Numbered from the stretch's first letter, positions 37,377 through 47,037 are shown. The stretch is DNA of 64,000 bases from an uncultured Bacilli bacterium (GCA_947628535.1 CANRAF010000004.1:8566-72565); one strand, 5' to 3'. The notes: generated from the sequence alone by a model not told the origin. Numbers and translations: made by a program.

Positions 37377-37943
37377 TTAATTATCATACTTTATTCTTGT
37401 TCTTTGACGTTTTCCATCATAAGGTTCTTCTACCATTTTAATTGTTTCTTTTACAGCATTTTCTACACTTAATGGTACAAATCTTTCATTTTCATTTTCT
37501 TTTGAAGATTTTAAATAATTGTAATCTTCTATATAAGATATTTCTGGCTTTTTATCAAAACTTTTTCTTATATCATTATAATCAATAATTGCTTCCACTA
37601 AAGTATTTCTATATCCGTCAATTACTGGTTTTTTCGGATCTTGATTAGTACTAAGTTTATTATTAATTTGATTAAATTTCTCACAAGTTTCATTTATTTT
37701 TGGATCTAATCCTTGCAATGAAGTTAAGTGCAAAAATGCATCATGAGAAAATTTATGTAAAGCTTTCTTTTCATCTAAACCATGAATTTCTACAAACATA
37801 TCAGCACTGAAAACTACTGGATCAGTTTTATCATAGTAAACATTATATATAGGTGCTTTGCTTTTATCAACTTTACCCTCTACTAAATAATGTTCGATAT
37901 CGTTTCTGTTTAAAACAAATGTACTTGGTCTTTGTGTTTTCAT
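37377..37943 (-). CDS. Hypothetical protein (188 aa).
   Basis: ORF preceded by GGGGGA RBS. No recognised family. Sits downstream of the palindromic promoter region. Confidence 0.4.
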   Translation of the reverse strand: MKTQRPSTFVLNRNDIEHYLVEGKVDKSKAPIYNVYYDKTDPVVFSADMFVEIHGLDEKKALHKFSHDAFLHLTSLQGLDPKINETCEKFNQINNKLSTNQDPKKPVIDGYRNTLVEAIIDYNDIRKSFDKKPEISYIEDYNYLKSSKENENERFVPLSVENAVKETIKMVEEPYDGKRQRTRIKYDN

Positions 37944-38009
37944 ATTAATTCCCCCAGTCGTAAACGCATTTCTTTAACTGCTTTTGTATTTTATCACTTT
38001 TTTACTAAT

Positions 38010-38026
38010 TTGTCAATATTTGACAA
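38010..38026. promoter_or_regulatory. Perfect inverted repeat TTGTCAA-N3-TTGACAA overlapping the -35 of the promoter for 37377..37943 (and hisS).
   Basis: Plus strand TTGTCAATATTTGACAA. Reading the minus strand, the TTGACA within the repeat, a 17-nt spacer and TAAAAT (37988-37993) form a near-consensus promoter. Confidence 0.4.
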
Positions 38027-38116
38027 TATATTGTGATTTAAACGGCAGAATAAAGTTGTTACGAAGGGAACAAAATAGTAATTTTTTAATTTATTTTGTA
38101 TAAAACAAATATATAA

Positions 38117-39628
38117 TTATTTTCTTACAAATTTAGCAATGTATGTAAATGATTGAGTCTTACATGGTGCAATATGAGAATATTTACTTATTCTTTTACC
38201 ATTTACGTACCAACCTTTAAATTTATATCCTTTTTTAGCTACTGCTTTCATATCGTGTTTATATTTTCCAGCAGTAGTTTTGCCATAACGAACTGAAACT
38301 GTACCACCTGTTCCCGCTTTTATTAGAGCGGTTCTTTTGGTTTTACCAAAGTTATATTTTACATATGTTGCTGGATTATTTTGAACTTGGAGCAATGTAA
38401 ATTGTGCGCTCCCTGTAACAATTATTTTAGTCATTTTATTTCCTGATGCGTTAACTGTTGCGATAGATGAACAATTTTGCAAGTATAAACTTGACACTTT
38501 ATTATTCGGTAAATATAGATTTTGCAGTTTTGTGAACCCACTAAGGTCAAGATTCCCATATAAACTATTTTTAGGCCAGTAAATTTTATAAAATTTACCT
38601 TCTCCATCTCCTAAAGATCTTGTTTCTCCTTTAGCAAAAAATGTTGCTGGACTAATTTTGTTATAAGATGAATTTACTCTTTTTCCATTGGTTTTTTTAG
38701 CATAAATTTTATTTAAAAATGTATACATTTTTTTGAGTTCTGTTTGGTCAGATATGTATTTTACTTCTCTTGAACCTGGTCTAAATTTAAATATTATATG
38801 AGTGTTTGATAAATCTTCTGCAGAAATATCAAAATATTTCATTTCCATATTAGCTTCTTTTTCAATTTCTGCTATTGTTTTGCCTTTTACATATGTTTTT
38901 CTGCAGTCAGCATTTGGATCAAGAGTTATCCATCTTTTTTCATCTTTTATGTATGCTTGAGCCCAAACGTGAGTTACATTTGAACTTGTTACTTTTGATC
39001 CCCATTGTAAATCATTTCTATCACGAGCAGCAGGATAATAGTATCCTGAGATTGCTCTTGCTGCAATGCCTTCATTTCTTGCTAAAGCTACAAACATTGA
39101 TGTAAATCCATTACATCTAGCAATTGTATAATTGGAAGCTGTACCATTAACAGTTTTCCCTTTGTGATTGTTGTAATAAAGCAATATATAATATGGATTA
39201 TCACTATTTTGACCATAACCTGAATGAGAGGTTACACTGGCATCGTAATAAAACTTTTGTCTTATCCAGTCATTAAATGCTTGTAATTTTTCATAATCTG
39301 TTAAATCAGTTACTTCCTTTTCATTTGTTAAAGCATAATCACTTAAAATAGTACTTGCAAGATTAGCTATTTTCTTTTGCTGAGTTGTGGTCATTCCCTT
39401 ATAATTAGTTTCGAACATATCTTTTAAATATTTATCATAATATCTAGATAATGATGATGCGGGCATATCATTTGTTTTTTGATACATTTTCTCATTTTGC
39501 TCTATTCTATTTTCTTTTAATCCATAATTTGGAGAGGCTGCTTTAACTGCTTGCAGGGGCATACAAATTGTTATAATTAAAATTATTCCTATCAATATTT
39601 TTAATTTTCTTTTCATTTTTTTATTCAC
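38117..39628 (-). CDS. Secreted transglutaminase-like cysteine peptidase-fold protein with C-terminal LRR and Listeria-Bacteroides-type repeat.
   Basis: Signal peptide (KLKILIGIILIITICMPLQAVKA). Transglutaminase-core Cys in ARCNGFTSMFVALARNEG, with downstream His/Asp (HVWAQAY... WITLDPN). C-terminal LRR-like segment and KGYKFKGWYVNGKRI. Confidence 0.55.
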   Translation of the reverse strand: MNKKMKRKLKILIGIILIITICMPLQAVKAASPNYGLKENRIEQNEKMYQKTNDMPASSLSRYYDKYLKDMFETNYKGMTTTQQKKIANLASTILSDYALTNEKEVTDLTDYEKLQAFNDWIRQKFYYDASVTSHSGYGQNSDNPYYILLYYNNHKGKTVNGTASNYTIARCNGFTSMFVALARNEGIAARAISGYYYPAARDRNDLQWGSKVTSSNVTHVWAQAYIKDEKRWITLDPNADCRKTYVKGKTIAEIEKEANMEMKYFDISAEDLSNTHIIFKFRPGSREVKYISDQTELKKMYTFLNKIYAKKTNGKRVNSSYNKISPATFFAKGETRSLGDGEGKFYKIYWPKNSLYGNLDLSGFTKLQNLYLPNNKVSSLYLQNCSSIATVNASGNKMTKIIVTGSAQFTLLQVQNNPATYVKYNFGKTKRTALIKAGTGGTVSVRYGKTTAGKYKHDMKAVAKKGYKFKGWYVNGKRISKYSHIAPCKTQSFTYIAKFVRK

Positions 39629-39714
39629 TTCCTATTATAAATATAACACTTATTATGTTTTATATAAATATATTTAATATGTGTTATACAAAAACTTGAC
39701 ATTATTTAGTAATT

Positions 39715-41394
39715 TTAGCGGCCTCCGCCACCGCCGAAGCCTCCGCCTCCGAATGAGCCAAAACCTCCGCCACCAGAAGAGAATCCTCCTCCACCAGAGT
39801 TATAACTTTCAGCTTTTGTTTTCGCAGATGATGCACTGTTCATGCCACTATAAGAAACAAAATAGATGAAAGAAAAATCATTTAAATATTCTTCTTCTAT
39901 AACATCTGGATAAATATCTTTAAAATCTTTAGCGACTTTTTCTGCAATTCCAAACATTTGTGCAAATACTAGATACTCTTTCCATAAATGAACTTCTAAA
40001 GGTTCCTTTTCATATATTCTTGAAAAATCTAACAAATATTTTTTCAAACCTTTAAGTTCTATTGCATCGTTATAAATACTTTCAGTTGTTTCATATTTTG
40101 TTGATGATATTTTAGTTAATTTATTTTCTTTTGCTAAAGATTCTGTTATGAAATCTAAAACTTTTTCATACCAGTTATAAATCTCAGTATAATTTTCACT
40201 TGCCCAGTATTTAAATTCAGTGGCCTCTAAAACACCATCAATGCTTGCCTCATATAGCATTGAATATAAATCTTTTTCAAAATTATAATCAAAGGTTAAA
40301 TCATTTTTTAATATAAGTTTTGATTTTTCTTTTTTGAATACCCCATTTTTTATTTCTTTTTCGACTTCTATCTTATTTTCATTTATCCATTTTAGGAGAA
40401 TTGCTCCGAGAAAATCTGTATCTTTTTTATTAATTTTATACGTTTTAGATATCCAGTAAGCTTTATATAAGTCTTTATTACATGGAATATCTCTTATATA
40501 ATGTATTTCTTTTGGGATACGATTAGTACCTTTTTTAAATTTTATTTTATAGCTACCTGTTATATTTATTTTTCTTTTTATTGTTATAAATGAACTAATT
40601 ACTATTGCTAAAAATATTATTATAGGAAATATTTGATTAAAGCTAAAATCACTTTCATTATAATCAGTTGCACCTTGTTCCGCTAAATCATAATAATAAT
40701 CAAAATCTTCATCAAGAACATTTTCATCTATGTTAAATGTTCCAAGAGGAAATTTAACTAAAACAGTCATATATTCATCGCTTTGTAGTGTTCCATTTGA
40801 TTTTAGAGAAATAACACCATCAGATACATAAGCATATCCTCCGTAATTTCCATAACCCCAAACAGGAAGTTCATCATTGTAATTAAAGTTACTATATATT
40901 TTTATATCAACATTTTCTGGTTCATCATTTAAATTGTGTGGAATTAGGGTCCAATAAACCATATCTGCATCTTCTACTCTATAGACAAAATTTGTTATAT
41001 CGTAACTCATTTTATAAGTATTTTCTTTACCTTTTTCACTTATTCCAAAGCATAGTTCAATACCATCATCAATTTTATGAAAACCATTTTTATAACTTTT
41101 CCATTCGAATGATTCATTTATATTCCAATTATTAGTAAAGGTATAATTTTTACCATTTAAACTTACTTTAAAGTTTTCAAATGATGAATTTTCATAGTTA
41201 TAGTATGGTTTATATACTTCTGTTAAATCTTCATTTTCTTCAAAGAAAATAGTCCAATATTCTGTAATATGGGCAGTACCATTTTCATCAATATTTATAT
41301 CCATACTTATATTTTTTATATCTTGAGCATTTACATTTAAGGTAAGAAAAAATGAAAACGATAATGCTATTACAAAAAGAAATATTTTTTTCAT
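39715..41394 (-). CDS. DUF2207-family membrane protein with a C-terminal glycine-rich tail.
   Basis: Signal peptide, large extracellular domain, a TM segment (FPIIIFLAIVISSFITI), a cytoplasmic domain, and the tail GGGGFSSGGGGFGSFGGGGFGGGGGR. Paired with LemA upstream, as is typical. Confidence 0.6.
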   Translation of the reverse strand: MKKIFLFVIALSFSFFLTLNVNAQDIKNISMDINIDENGTAHITEYWTIFFEENEDLTEVYKPYYNYENSSFENFKVSLNGKNYTFTNNWNINESFEWKSYKNGFHKIDDGIELCFGISEKGKENTYKMSYDITNFVYRVEDADMVYWTLIPHNLNDEPENVDIKIYSNFNYNDELPVWGYGNYGGYAYVSDGVISLKSNGTLQSDEYMTVLVKFPLGTFNIDENVLDEDFDYYYDLAEQGATDYNESDFSFNQIFPIIIFLAIVISSFITIKRKINITGSYKIKFKKGTNRIPKEIHYIRDIPCNKDLYKAYWISKTYKINKKDTDFLGAILLKWINENKIEVEKEIKNGVFKKEKSKLILKNDLTFDYNFEKDLYSMLYEASIDGVLEATEFKYWASENYTEIYNWYEKVLDFITESLAKENKLTKISSTKYETTESIYNDAIELKGLKKYLLDFSRIYEKEPLEVHLWKEYLVFAQMFGIAEKVAKDFKDIYPDVIEEEYLNDFSFIYFVSYSGMNSASSAKTKAESYNSGGGGFSSGGGGFGSFGGGGFGGGGGR

Positions 41395-41439
41395 ATTTAC
41401 CTCCTTATTTCAAAAAAGACTTACAAACTAGTAAGTCTT

Positions 41440-42000
41440 TTAAAAACTAACTTTTGGCGCTTCTTTATCTTTTTCTTCTGTCTCAAAGAAAACTGCTTTT
41501 TCAAATTTAAACATGCTTGCAACGATGTTTGAGGGCACCATTTGTATTTTATTGTTATAACTAAGTACTGAATCATTATAGAACTGTCTAGCATATGAAA
41601 TTTTATCTTCAGTTTCTTTTAAATCATTTTGAAGTGATAAGAAATTTTCATTTGCTTTTAACTCAGGATAATTTTCTGCTAAAGCAAAAAGTTTTGATAA
41701 TGCTTCAGTCATTAATCCACTTGCTTTCATTTCATCTTCTACAGATTTTGAAGATGTATAAGCACTTCTTGCTTTTATTACTTCTTCAAATGTTTCCTTT
41801 TCATGTTTAGCATAACCTTTTACTGTTTCTACCAAATTAGGTATTAAATCTGCTCTTCTTTTTAGTTGTACTTCTATTTGAGACCATTGTTCATCTTTTT
41901 TATTTCTTAAATTAACAAGTCCGTTATAAGTTCCTATTAGCCAAATAACTAATATTAAAATTATGGCAATTATAATTCCTACTATAATACCTGCATTCAT
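41440..42000 (-). CDS. lemA: LemA family protein.
   Basis: N-terminal TM, then [54 protein letters not shown], which is the canonical LemA sequence. Confidence 0.85.
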   Translation of the reverse strand: MNAGIIVGIIIAIILILVIWLIGTYNGLVNLRNKKDEQWSQIEVQLKRRADLIPNLVETVKGYAKHEKETFEEVIKARSAYTSSKSVEDEMKASGLMTEALSKLFALAENYPELKANENFLSLQNDLKETEDKISYARQFYNDSVLSYNNKIQMVPSNIVASMFKFEKAVFFETEEKDKEAPKVSF

Positions 42001-42057
42001 TTTATCATCTCCTATAATAAAAGTATACTATAGCTAAAAGTTTAATTCAATATTTTT

Positions 42058-42086
42058 GTATAATTTTAAATTTTTTTTTCATAATA
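42058..42086 (+). promoter_or_regulatory. Putative forespore sigma-G/F-type promoter of sspI.
   Basis: GTATA, a 17-nt spacer, then CATAATA. This matches the sigma-G consensus: -35 G-H-A-T-R, -10 CAT-NN-TA. Confidence 0.3.
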
Positions 42087-42101
42087 ATAAGGGTGATAAA
42101 A

Positions 42102-42311
42102 ATGGATTTAGATATAAGACGTAATGTCATTGAGAAAATTAAGAATGACGATGAAAAAACAATTGTTGACACAATAAATGAGTCTGTTGTTACGGGAGAT
42201 GAACTTGTTTTACCAGGCCTTGGAGTGCTTTTGGAACTATGCTGGAATGGCCTTAGTGAAAATGAAAAGATGAATATTGCCAATATTATAAAAAATAATA
42301 TACATAAATAA
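42102..42311 (+). CDS. sspI: Small acid-soluble spore protein SspI.
   Basis: MDLDIRRNVIEKIKN...TIVDTINESVVTGDELVLPGLGVLLELCWNGLSENEKMNIANII closely parallels B. subtilis SspI (MDLNLRHAV...MLPGLGVLFEVIW...SEKNEM). Start set at ATG 42102 (the track ORF begins at an upstream GTG). RBS AGGGTGA. Confidence 0.8.
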   Translation: MDLDIRRNVIEKIKNDDEKTIVDTINESVVTGDELVLPGLGVLLELCWNGLSENEKMNIANIIKNNIHK

Positions 42312-42328
42312 AAGAAAGTAAATTTAAT

Positions 42329-42607
42329 CTAATTTTTACTTTCTTTTTTTATAAGTTCAACTATAGTTGCACCTTTATTATACATATCAATTTTATAATC
42401 TATTACTTCTTTTTTGGTCTTTAAATATTTATGTATTTCTTTTTTTAATATACCTTCTCCAATGCCATGAACTATTATAATTAAATTATTACCAAGTTTT
42501 AAATTATCATTTATGAATTCATCTGTTAAAATAATGGCACTAAATCTGTCCTCGCCATGTAAATCTAAAGTGGGTAAATTTTTATAAAGAATATAATTTG
42601 AAATCAT
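42329..42607 (-). CDS. Smr-domain-like small protein.
   Basis: 92 aa. LDLHGEDRFSAI resembles the Smr LDLHG motif. Overlaps the nrdG stop. Confidence 0.4.
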   Translation of the reverse strand: MISNYILYKNLPTLDLHGEDRFSAIILTDEFINDNLKLGNNLIIIVHGIGEGILKKEIHKYLKTKKEVIDYKIDMYNKGATIVELIKKESKN

Positions 42608-43137
42608 ATAACTGATTTTTTTACTTCTTTCTTTTTATAATCATATTTTTTAATTTGTCTTACTTTGCCATCTTTTAAAGATTTAGCAACATTAATGATA
42701 CGTTGATTAGATGATCCACGAAATTTTAAATTTAAACTTTTCTTTTCAAGTTCAAATTTTCCATCCACTAAAACATCAATTTGTTTTAAAAGTTCTACAG
42801 CATCTTTATTTTTTAAAAGATCTTCAAAAGTAAATCCTGTATAGGCCCAGACATTTAAACCTTGCTTTTTAGCAAACTTTGCTATTTCAAGACATGGTTT
42901 TATTTGGAAAAAAGGATCTCCTCCTGATAAGGTTATGCCATCTTGTAAATTTAGATTTTTTATTTTTTCTTTCACAAACTCTACATCTTTTAAAACTCCT
43001 TTATTGAAATCATGAGTTTCAGGATTATGGCAGCCTTTACAGTTGTGAGAACAGCCTTGAGTCCAAATTACTGATCTTAAGCCTTCTCCATCTACTATGC
43101 TATCGGTTAGAATATCATCTGCTAATCTAATCTTCAT
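42604..43137 (-). CDS. nrdG: Anaerobic ribonucleoside-triphosphate reductase activating protein (radical SAM).
   Basis: CSHNCKGCHNPETHDF cluster. 177 aa. Immediately downstream of nrdD, overlapping it. Confidence 0.85.
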   Translation of the reverse strand: MKIRLADDILTDSIVDGEGLRSVIWTQGCSHNCKGCHNPETHDFNKGVLKDVEFVKEKIKNLNLQDGITLSGGDPFFQIKPCLEIAKFAKKQGLNVWAYTGFTFEDLLKNKDAVELLKQIDVLVDGKFELEKKSLNLKFRGSSNQRIINVAKSLKDGKVRQIKKYDYKKKEVKKSVI

Positions 43138-45484
43138 GAACTTTATTATGTTTTATTCTATCTTTTTCTTCTGCACGTTTACTATCGTTAAAGCGATCAA
43201 TTGTTCCAACCAAATAACCTGTTATTCTTCTGATTCTTTCAAAATTTACTCCATCTTTTTCAGTTCTTCCACATCCTGGGCAAATATCGTTTATAACCCC
43301 TGTGAAACCACAGACTGGATCTCTATCTACTGGATGGTTTATAGCACCATACCCTATTCCTTCTTCCTTCATTTTTCTAACTATTTTTTCAAAGGCTTTA
43401 ACATTAGTTGTTGGATCACCATCTAATTCAACATATGTTATATGGCCTGCATTTGTTAGAGCATGGAAAGGTGCTTCAAGTTTTATTTTCTTATCAATAG
43501 TTATTTTATAATAAACAGGGATATGGAATGAATTAGTGTAATATTTTCTATCAGTAATTCCTTTTAATTTCCCATAAATACTTCTATCAATGCTAGTAAA
43601 TCTTCCAGATAGTCCTTCAGCAGGAGTTGCAAGAAGAGTGAAATTTAATTTGTATTCTTTTGAGTATTCATCACATTTATCACGCATGAATTTAATTATT
43701 TCATAACCTTTATCCCAAGCTTTTTTACTTTCTCCGTGATGTTCGCCAATTAAAGCTTTTAAGCATTCTGCAAGTCCTATAAAACCAATACTTAAAGTAC
43801 CATGTTTTAATACTCTTTTTATTCGGTCATTTGTTTTAAGAGATTTAGAATCTATCCAAACACCTTGTCCTAAAAGGAAAGGAAAGTTATAAATCTTTTT
43901 CTTGCATTGTAAATCAAATCTTTCTAAAAGTTGATCTTTTACTAAATCCATAGCACTACTAAGTTCTTTATAGAATCCATCAAAATCTGGTTTTGCTGAT
44001 TTTAATATTCCGTGTTTTATTCCTAATCTAACTAGGTTAATAGATGTAAATGAAAGATTACCTCTACCTGGTGTAATTGCTTTGTTTTCATCAACTACGT
44101 TTCCAAGAACCCTAGTACGGCATCCCATATAACCAACTTCAGTTTTATAATCTCCTTGTTTATAATAGGCTTTATTAAATGGAGCATCAATAAAAGAGAA
44201 GTTTGGAAATAACCTTTTGGCAGATACTTCACATGCTAAATGAAATAAATCATAGTTAGGGTCTCCTTTATTAAAGTTTACTCCTTCTTTTACTTTAAAT
44301 ATTGATACAGGGAAAATTGGAGTTTCTCCCTTTCCTAAACCGGCATTTATTGAATTAAGTAAATTTTTTGTAACCATTCTACCTTCACTTGAAGTGTCAG
44401 TTCCAAAATTTATTGAAGAAAATGGAACTTGAGCTCCAGCACGAGAATGCATAGTATTTAAATTATGAATAAAACTTTCCATAGCTTGATAAGTTAATCT
44501 ATCAGTTTTTTTAATTGCTTTTTGGTTAGCAAGTCTAAATATTTTTAATAGTTTTTCTTCCTCTTTAGCATATTTATCTAAAACACTTATATCAAAATCA
44601 ATAGTTGTTATTTTGTCAATATCTTTTTCTATTTGATTAAATTTTATGAAACTTTTAAAACCTTCGAGTTCTAAGTAATCATAAATTGTTTGTTTTAATT
44701 CTTTCTTATATGTTTTTACAACTCCAGGAGCCATGTAATAGTCAAAAGCTGGTATTGATTGCCCCCCATGTTGATCATTTTGATTTGACTGAATTGCTAT
44801 GGCTGCTAAAGCGGCATAAGACATAATGCTATTTGGAGTTCTCAAATGACCATGTCCTGTTGAAAAACCATCTTTGAATAACTCAAGCAAGTCAATTTGA
44901 CAACAAGTTGTTGTACCCATAGGTAAAAAATCCATATCATGAATATGAATTAAACCTTTATCATGAGCTTCTGCAAATTTTGGATTCATTAAGTAACTTT
45001 TAGCAAATTCCTTAGTTAACGTACTACCAAATTGTAACATTGTCCCCATGGCAGTATCACCATCAACATTAGCATTTTCTCTTTTGGCATCATTATCTTT
45101 AGCATCACTCATTCCAAGAGCTTCAATTGATTTTAAAAATTTGTGTTCTTTTGAGCGAAATACTTCTCTAGATTTATTACGTGAAGCACGGTAACTAGAA
45201 AAATTATCATAGACATCCATATATTCATATCTTTTTAACTTATCTTCAATTAAGTCCTGAATATCCTCAATTTTTATTGCAGGTTTACCTTGATAATTTT
45301 TAGTTATATCATTTATAACTGCTTCATAAATTTTAGTTATGTCTTTGGCAGTATATGGGGAATTTTCTACACTGTCAAATCCTTTTTTGATAGCTATTGC
45401 TATTTTTTCTTCTTCGAAATCTACTTTTTTGCCATCTCTTTTGATGACTTTTAATTTAGCGATTTCTTCACTTAAAGTGATCAT
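43127..45484 (-). CDS. nrdD: Anaerobic ribonucleoside-triphosphate reductase (class III RNR).
   Basis: N-terminal ATP-cone (KVIKRDGKKVDFEEEKIAIAIKKG). C-terminal glycyl-radical and Zn-ribbon region (RITGYLVG..., CPGCG). Start set at the ATG at 45482-45484 (MITLSEE), which has GGGAGG 7 nt upstream. Confidence 0.9.
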   Translation of the reverse strand: MITLSEEIAKLKVIKRDGKKVDFEEEKIAIAIKKGFDSVENSPYTAKDITKIYEAVINDITKNYQGKPAIKIEDIQDLIEDKLKRYEYMDVYDNFSSYRASRNKSREVFRSKEHKFLKSIEALGMSDAKDNDAKRENANVDGDTAMGTMLQFGSTLTKEFAKSYLMNPKFAEAHDKGLIHIHDMDFLPMGTTTCCQIDLLELFKDGFSTGHGHLRTPNSIMSYAALAAIAIQSNQNDQHGGQSIPAFDYYMAPGVVKTYKKELKQTIYDYLELEGFKSFIKFNQIEKDIDKITTIDFDISVLDKYAKEEEKLLKIFRLANQKAIKKTDRLTYQAMESFIHNLNTMHSRAGAQVPFSSINFGTDTSSEGRMVTKNLLNSINAGLGKGETPIFPVSIFKVKEGVNFNKGDPNYDLFHLACEVSAKRLFPNFSFIDAPFNKAYYKQGDYKTEVGYMGCRTRVLGNVVDENKAITPGRGNLSFTSINLVRLGIKHGILKSAKPDFDGFYKELSSAMDLVKDQLLERFDLQCKKKIYNFPFLLGQGVWIDSKSLKTNDRIKRVLKHGTLSIGFIGLAECLKALIGEHHGESKKAWDKGYEIIKFMRDKCDEYSKEYKLNFTLLATPAEGLSGRFTSIDRSIYGKLKGITDRKYYTNSFHIPVYYKITIDKKIKLEAPFHALTNAGHITYVELDGDPTTNVKAFEKIVRKMKEEGIGYGAINHPVDRDPVCGFTGVINDICPGCGRTEKDGVNFERIRRITGYLVGTIDRFNDSKRAEEKDRIKHNKVHED

Positions 45485-45572
45485 TAATTTTACCTCCCTT
45501 TTACCTTTAATAGTTTCCAACTTGATATTACTACTTGAACTTATAAAAAGTCAATATAGGAAGATGGGAAAA

Positions 45573-45603
45573 TAAACAAAAAAAGAACATTTTGTGTTCT
45601 TTT
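45573..45603 (-). terminator. Rho-independent terminator of the 45604..46425 gene.
   Basis: Minus strand reads AGAACACAAAAUGUUCU followed by UUUUUUU. Confidence 0.55.
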
Positions 45604-46425
45604 CTATTCTTTTTCTATATTTTTCGCAAGAATATAACCCCAGAGAAAAGTTAAAATTGATGTAAATACATTTACAAAATTAAATGTAAACTCTCCTACT
45701 TGTAATAAAATGATTATAATGTTTGAAATTATTAAACTGGATATTACTGTAAATGATATATCCTTATATTTTTTTAGAAGCCTATAAATTATTTTAGCAC
45801 CAAATATTAAAACTATTAGAAAACTTATAACAAATATTAAAATCATTAATACTTCTTTAAATACACTCATAGCAGCTATTTTTTCAATTATATAACTTGG
45901 TGTATTAAAAATTAAACTTAAATTTGATAAAGAAACAAATGGAATTAATAGAGAAAGTGCTCCTAAAACGCCATATGATATAGAACCAAAAATAGTTACT
46001 TCAGTTAGACTTTCTATGTTTTGTAAAAAGATTGTATAACAAATAGTTACAGCTATAACTACTAATAAAAATAGAAGTGTTTTTCCTTTAGTAGCTTTTA
46101 ATTTTTGCTTTCTAATAATTAAAGTATAACCTCCTGTAATTATTCCTATAAATAGCATAACTGTTTGAATTTTAAATTTAGGATAAATATAATTTATTAA
46201 AGGAACTCCTGTTATTAAACCAATAATTATACCAATTATGATAGGAATACTTACTAAAATTAGGGCTTTATTTTTCTTTTTGAAAATGTCTGCTAGCCCT
46301 TTAATAAAATTATCATATGCAGAAAGTGAAAGAATAAGGGCTCCAGAACTTATTCCCGAAATTAATGAAGCAATTCCAGTTATTACTCCCTTTATAAGCG
46401 ATAAAAAACCATCTTTTGCCTTCAT
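45604..46425 (-). CDS. Polytopic membrane protein, possibly DUF368 family (PopT-like putative undecaprenyl-phosphate translocase).
   Basis: 273 aa with about 8 TM segments. The N-terminal segment KGVITGIASLISGISSGALILSLSAYDNFI resembles the DUF368 G-x-AD-x-IPGVSGG-T-x-A-lil-G-x-Y motif. Assignment is tentative. Confidence 0.35.
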   Translation of the reverse strand: MKAKDGFLSLIKGVITGIASLISGISSGALILSLSAYDNFIKGLADIFKKKNKALILVSIPIIIGIIIGLITGVPLINYIYPKFKIQTVMLFIGIITGGYTLIIRKQKLKATKGKTLLFLLVVIAVTICYTIFLQNIESLTEVTIFGSISYGVLGALSLLIPFVSLSNLSLIFNTPSYIIEKIAAMSVFKEVLMILIFVISFLIVLIFGAKIIYRLLKKYKDISFTVISSLIISNIIIILLQVGEFTFNFVNVFTSILTFLWGYILAKNIEKE

Positions 46426-46428
46426 AAA

Positions 46429-46701
46429 TTACTTAACATCTTCCATAAACCAGAGTTTCATACTATATGAAATGTTTTGATCTGGTATTTCATATTCTAC
46501 AATTTTATATAGTGTATAGTTATGAACAGTTACTGTTCCATTACCTCTTTCATATGATGTGTCTTTTCCTTCAAAAATTGGTTTTTGTTCTCTACTTATT
46601 TTAAAGAAATTAAGATAACCAATGATAAAATAAATAACTATTAGTACTATTATTACGTCAATTATTAGCCAAATAATATTTTTTTTCTTGCTTTTTTTCA
46701 T
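46429..46701 (-). CDS. Small membrane-anchored hypothetical protein (90 aa).
   Basis: N-terminal TM (IIWLIIDVIIVLIVIYFIIGYL) followed by a soluble domain of about 60 aa. Confidence 0.35.
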   Translation of the reverse strand: MKKSKKKNIIWLIIDVIIVLIVIYFIIGYLNFFKISREQKPIFEGKDTSYERGNGTVTVHNYTLYKIVEYEIPDQNISYSMKLWFMEDVK

Positions 46702-46776
46702 TTTACAATTCCTCCTATAGTAACATTATATAATAATATATAAATTTTTCAAAGTTTTTTTGCAAAATAAAAGAGG

Positions 46777-47037
46777 TTATCTAGCCTCTACTATAAGTTT
46801 GATAGCAGTCCTTTCTTCGCCATCAATAGTTATATCACTAAATGCAGGAATACATACAAGGTTTTTCCCACTTGGAGCTACAAACCCTCTTGATATTGCA
46901 ATAGCCTTTATAGCTTGATTTAATGCTCCAGCTCCTATTGCTTGTATTTCCACTGTTCCTTTATCTCTAAATACGTTAGTTAAAGCTCCTGCTACTTTAT
47001 TGGGATTTGATTTAGATGATACTTTTAATATATCCAT
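46777..47037 (-). CDS. spoVS: Stage V sporulation protein S.
   Basis: MDILKVSSKSNPNKVAGALTNVFRDKGTVEIQAIGAGALNQAIKAIAISRGFVAPSGKNLVCIPAFSDITIDGEERTAIKLIVEAR is nearly co-linear with B. subtilis SpoVS. Start set at the ATG at 47037 (the track ORF begins at an upstream GTG). Confidence 0.85.
   Translation of the reverse strand: MDILKVSSKSNPNKVAGALTNVFRDKGTVEIQAIGAGALNQAIKAIAISRGFVAPSGKNLVCIPAFSDITIDGEERTAIKLIVEAR

Noticed and set aside
39715-39800. Short GC-rich, repetitive stretch (gcctccgccaccgccgaagcctccgcctcc...) that stands out from the AT-rich background. Considered as foreign DNA or a repeat array.
   Set aside because: It is the reverse complement of GGN-rich codons encoding the poly-Gly/Phe/Ser C-terminal tail of the DUF2207 protein. 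Such a tail is a known feature of that family.
44764-44769. C6 tract within nrdD, considered as another contingency homopolymer.
   Set aside because: Only 6 nt, which is below the length at which slippage is frequent, and it lies in an essential-type housekeeping gene. Regarded as incidental.
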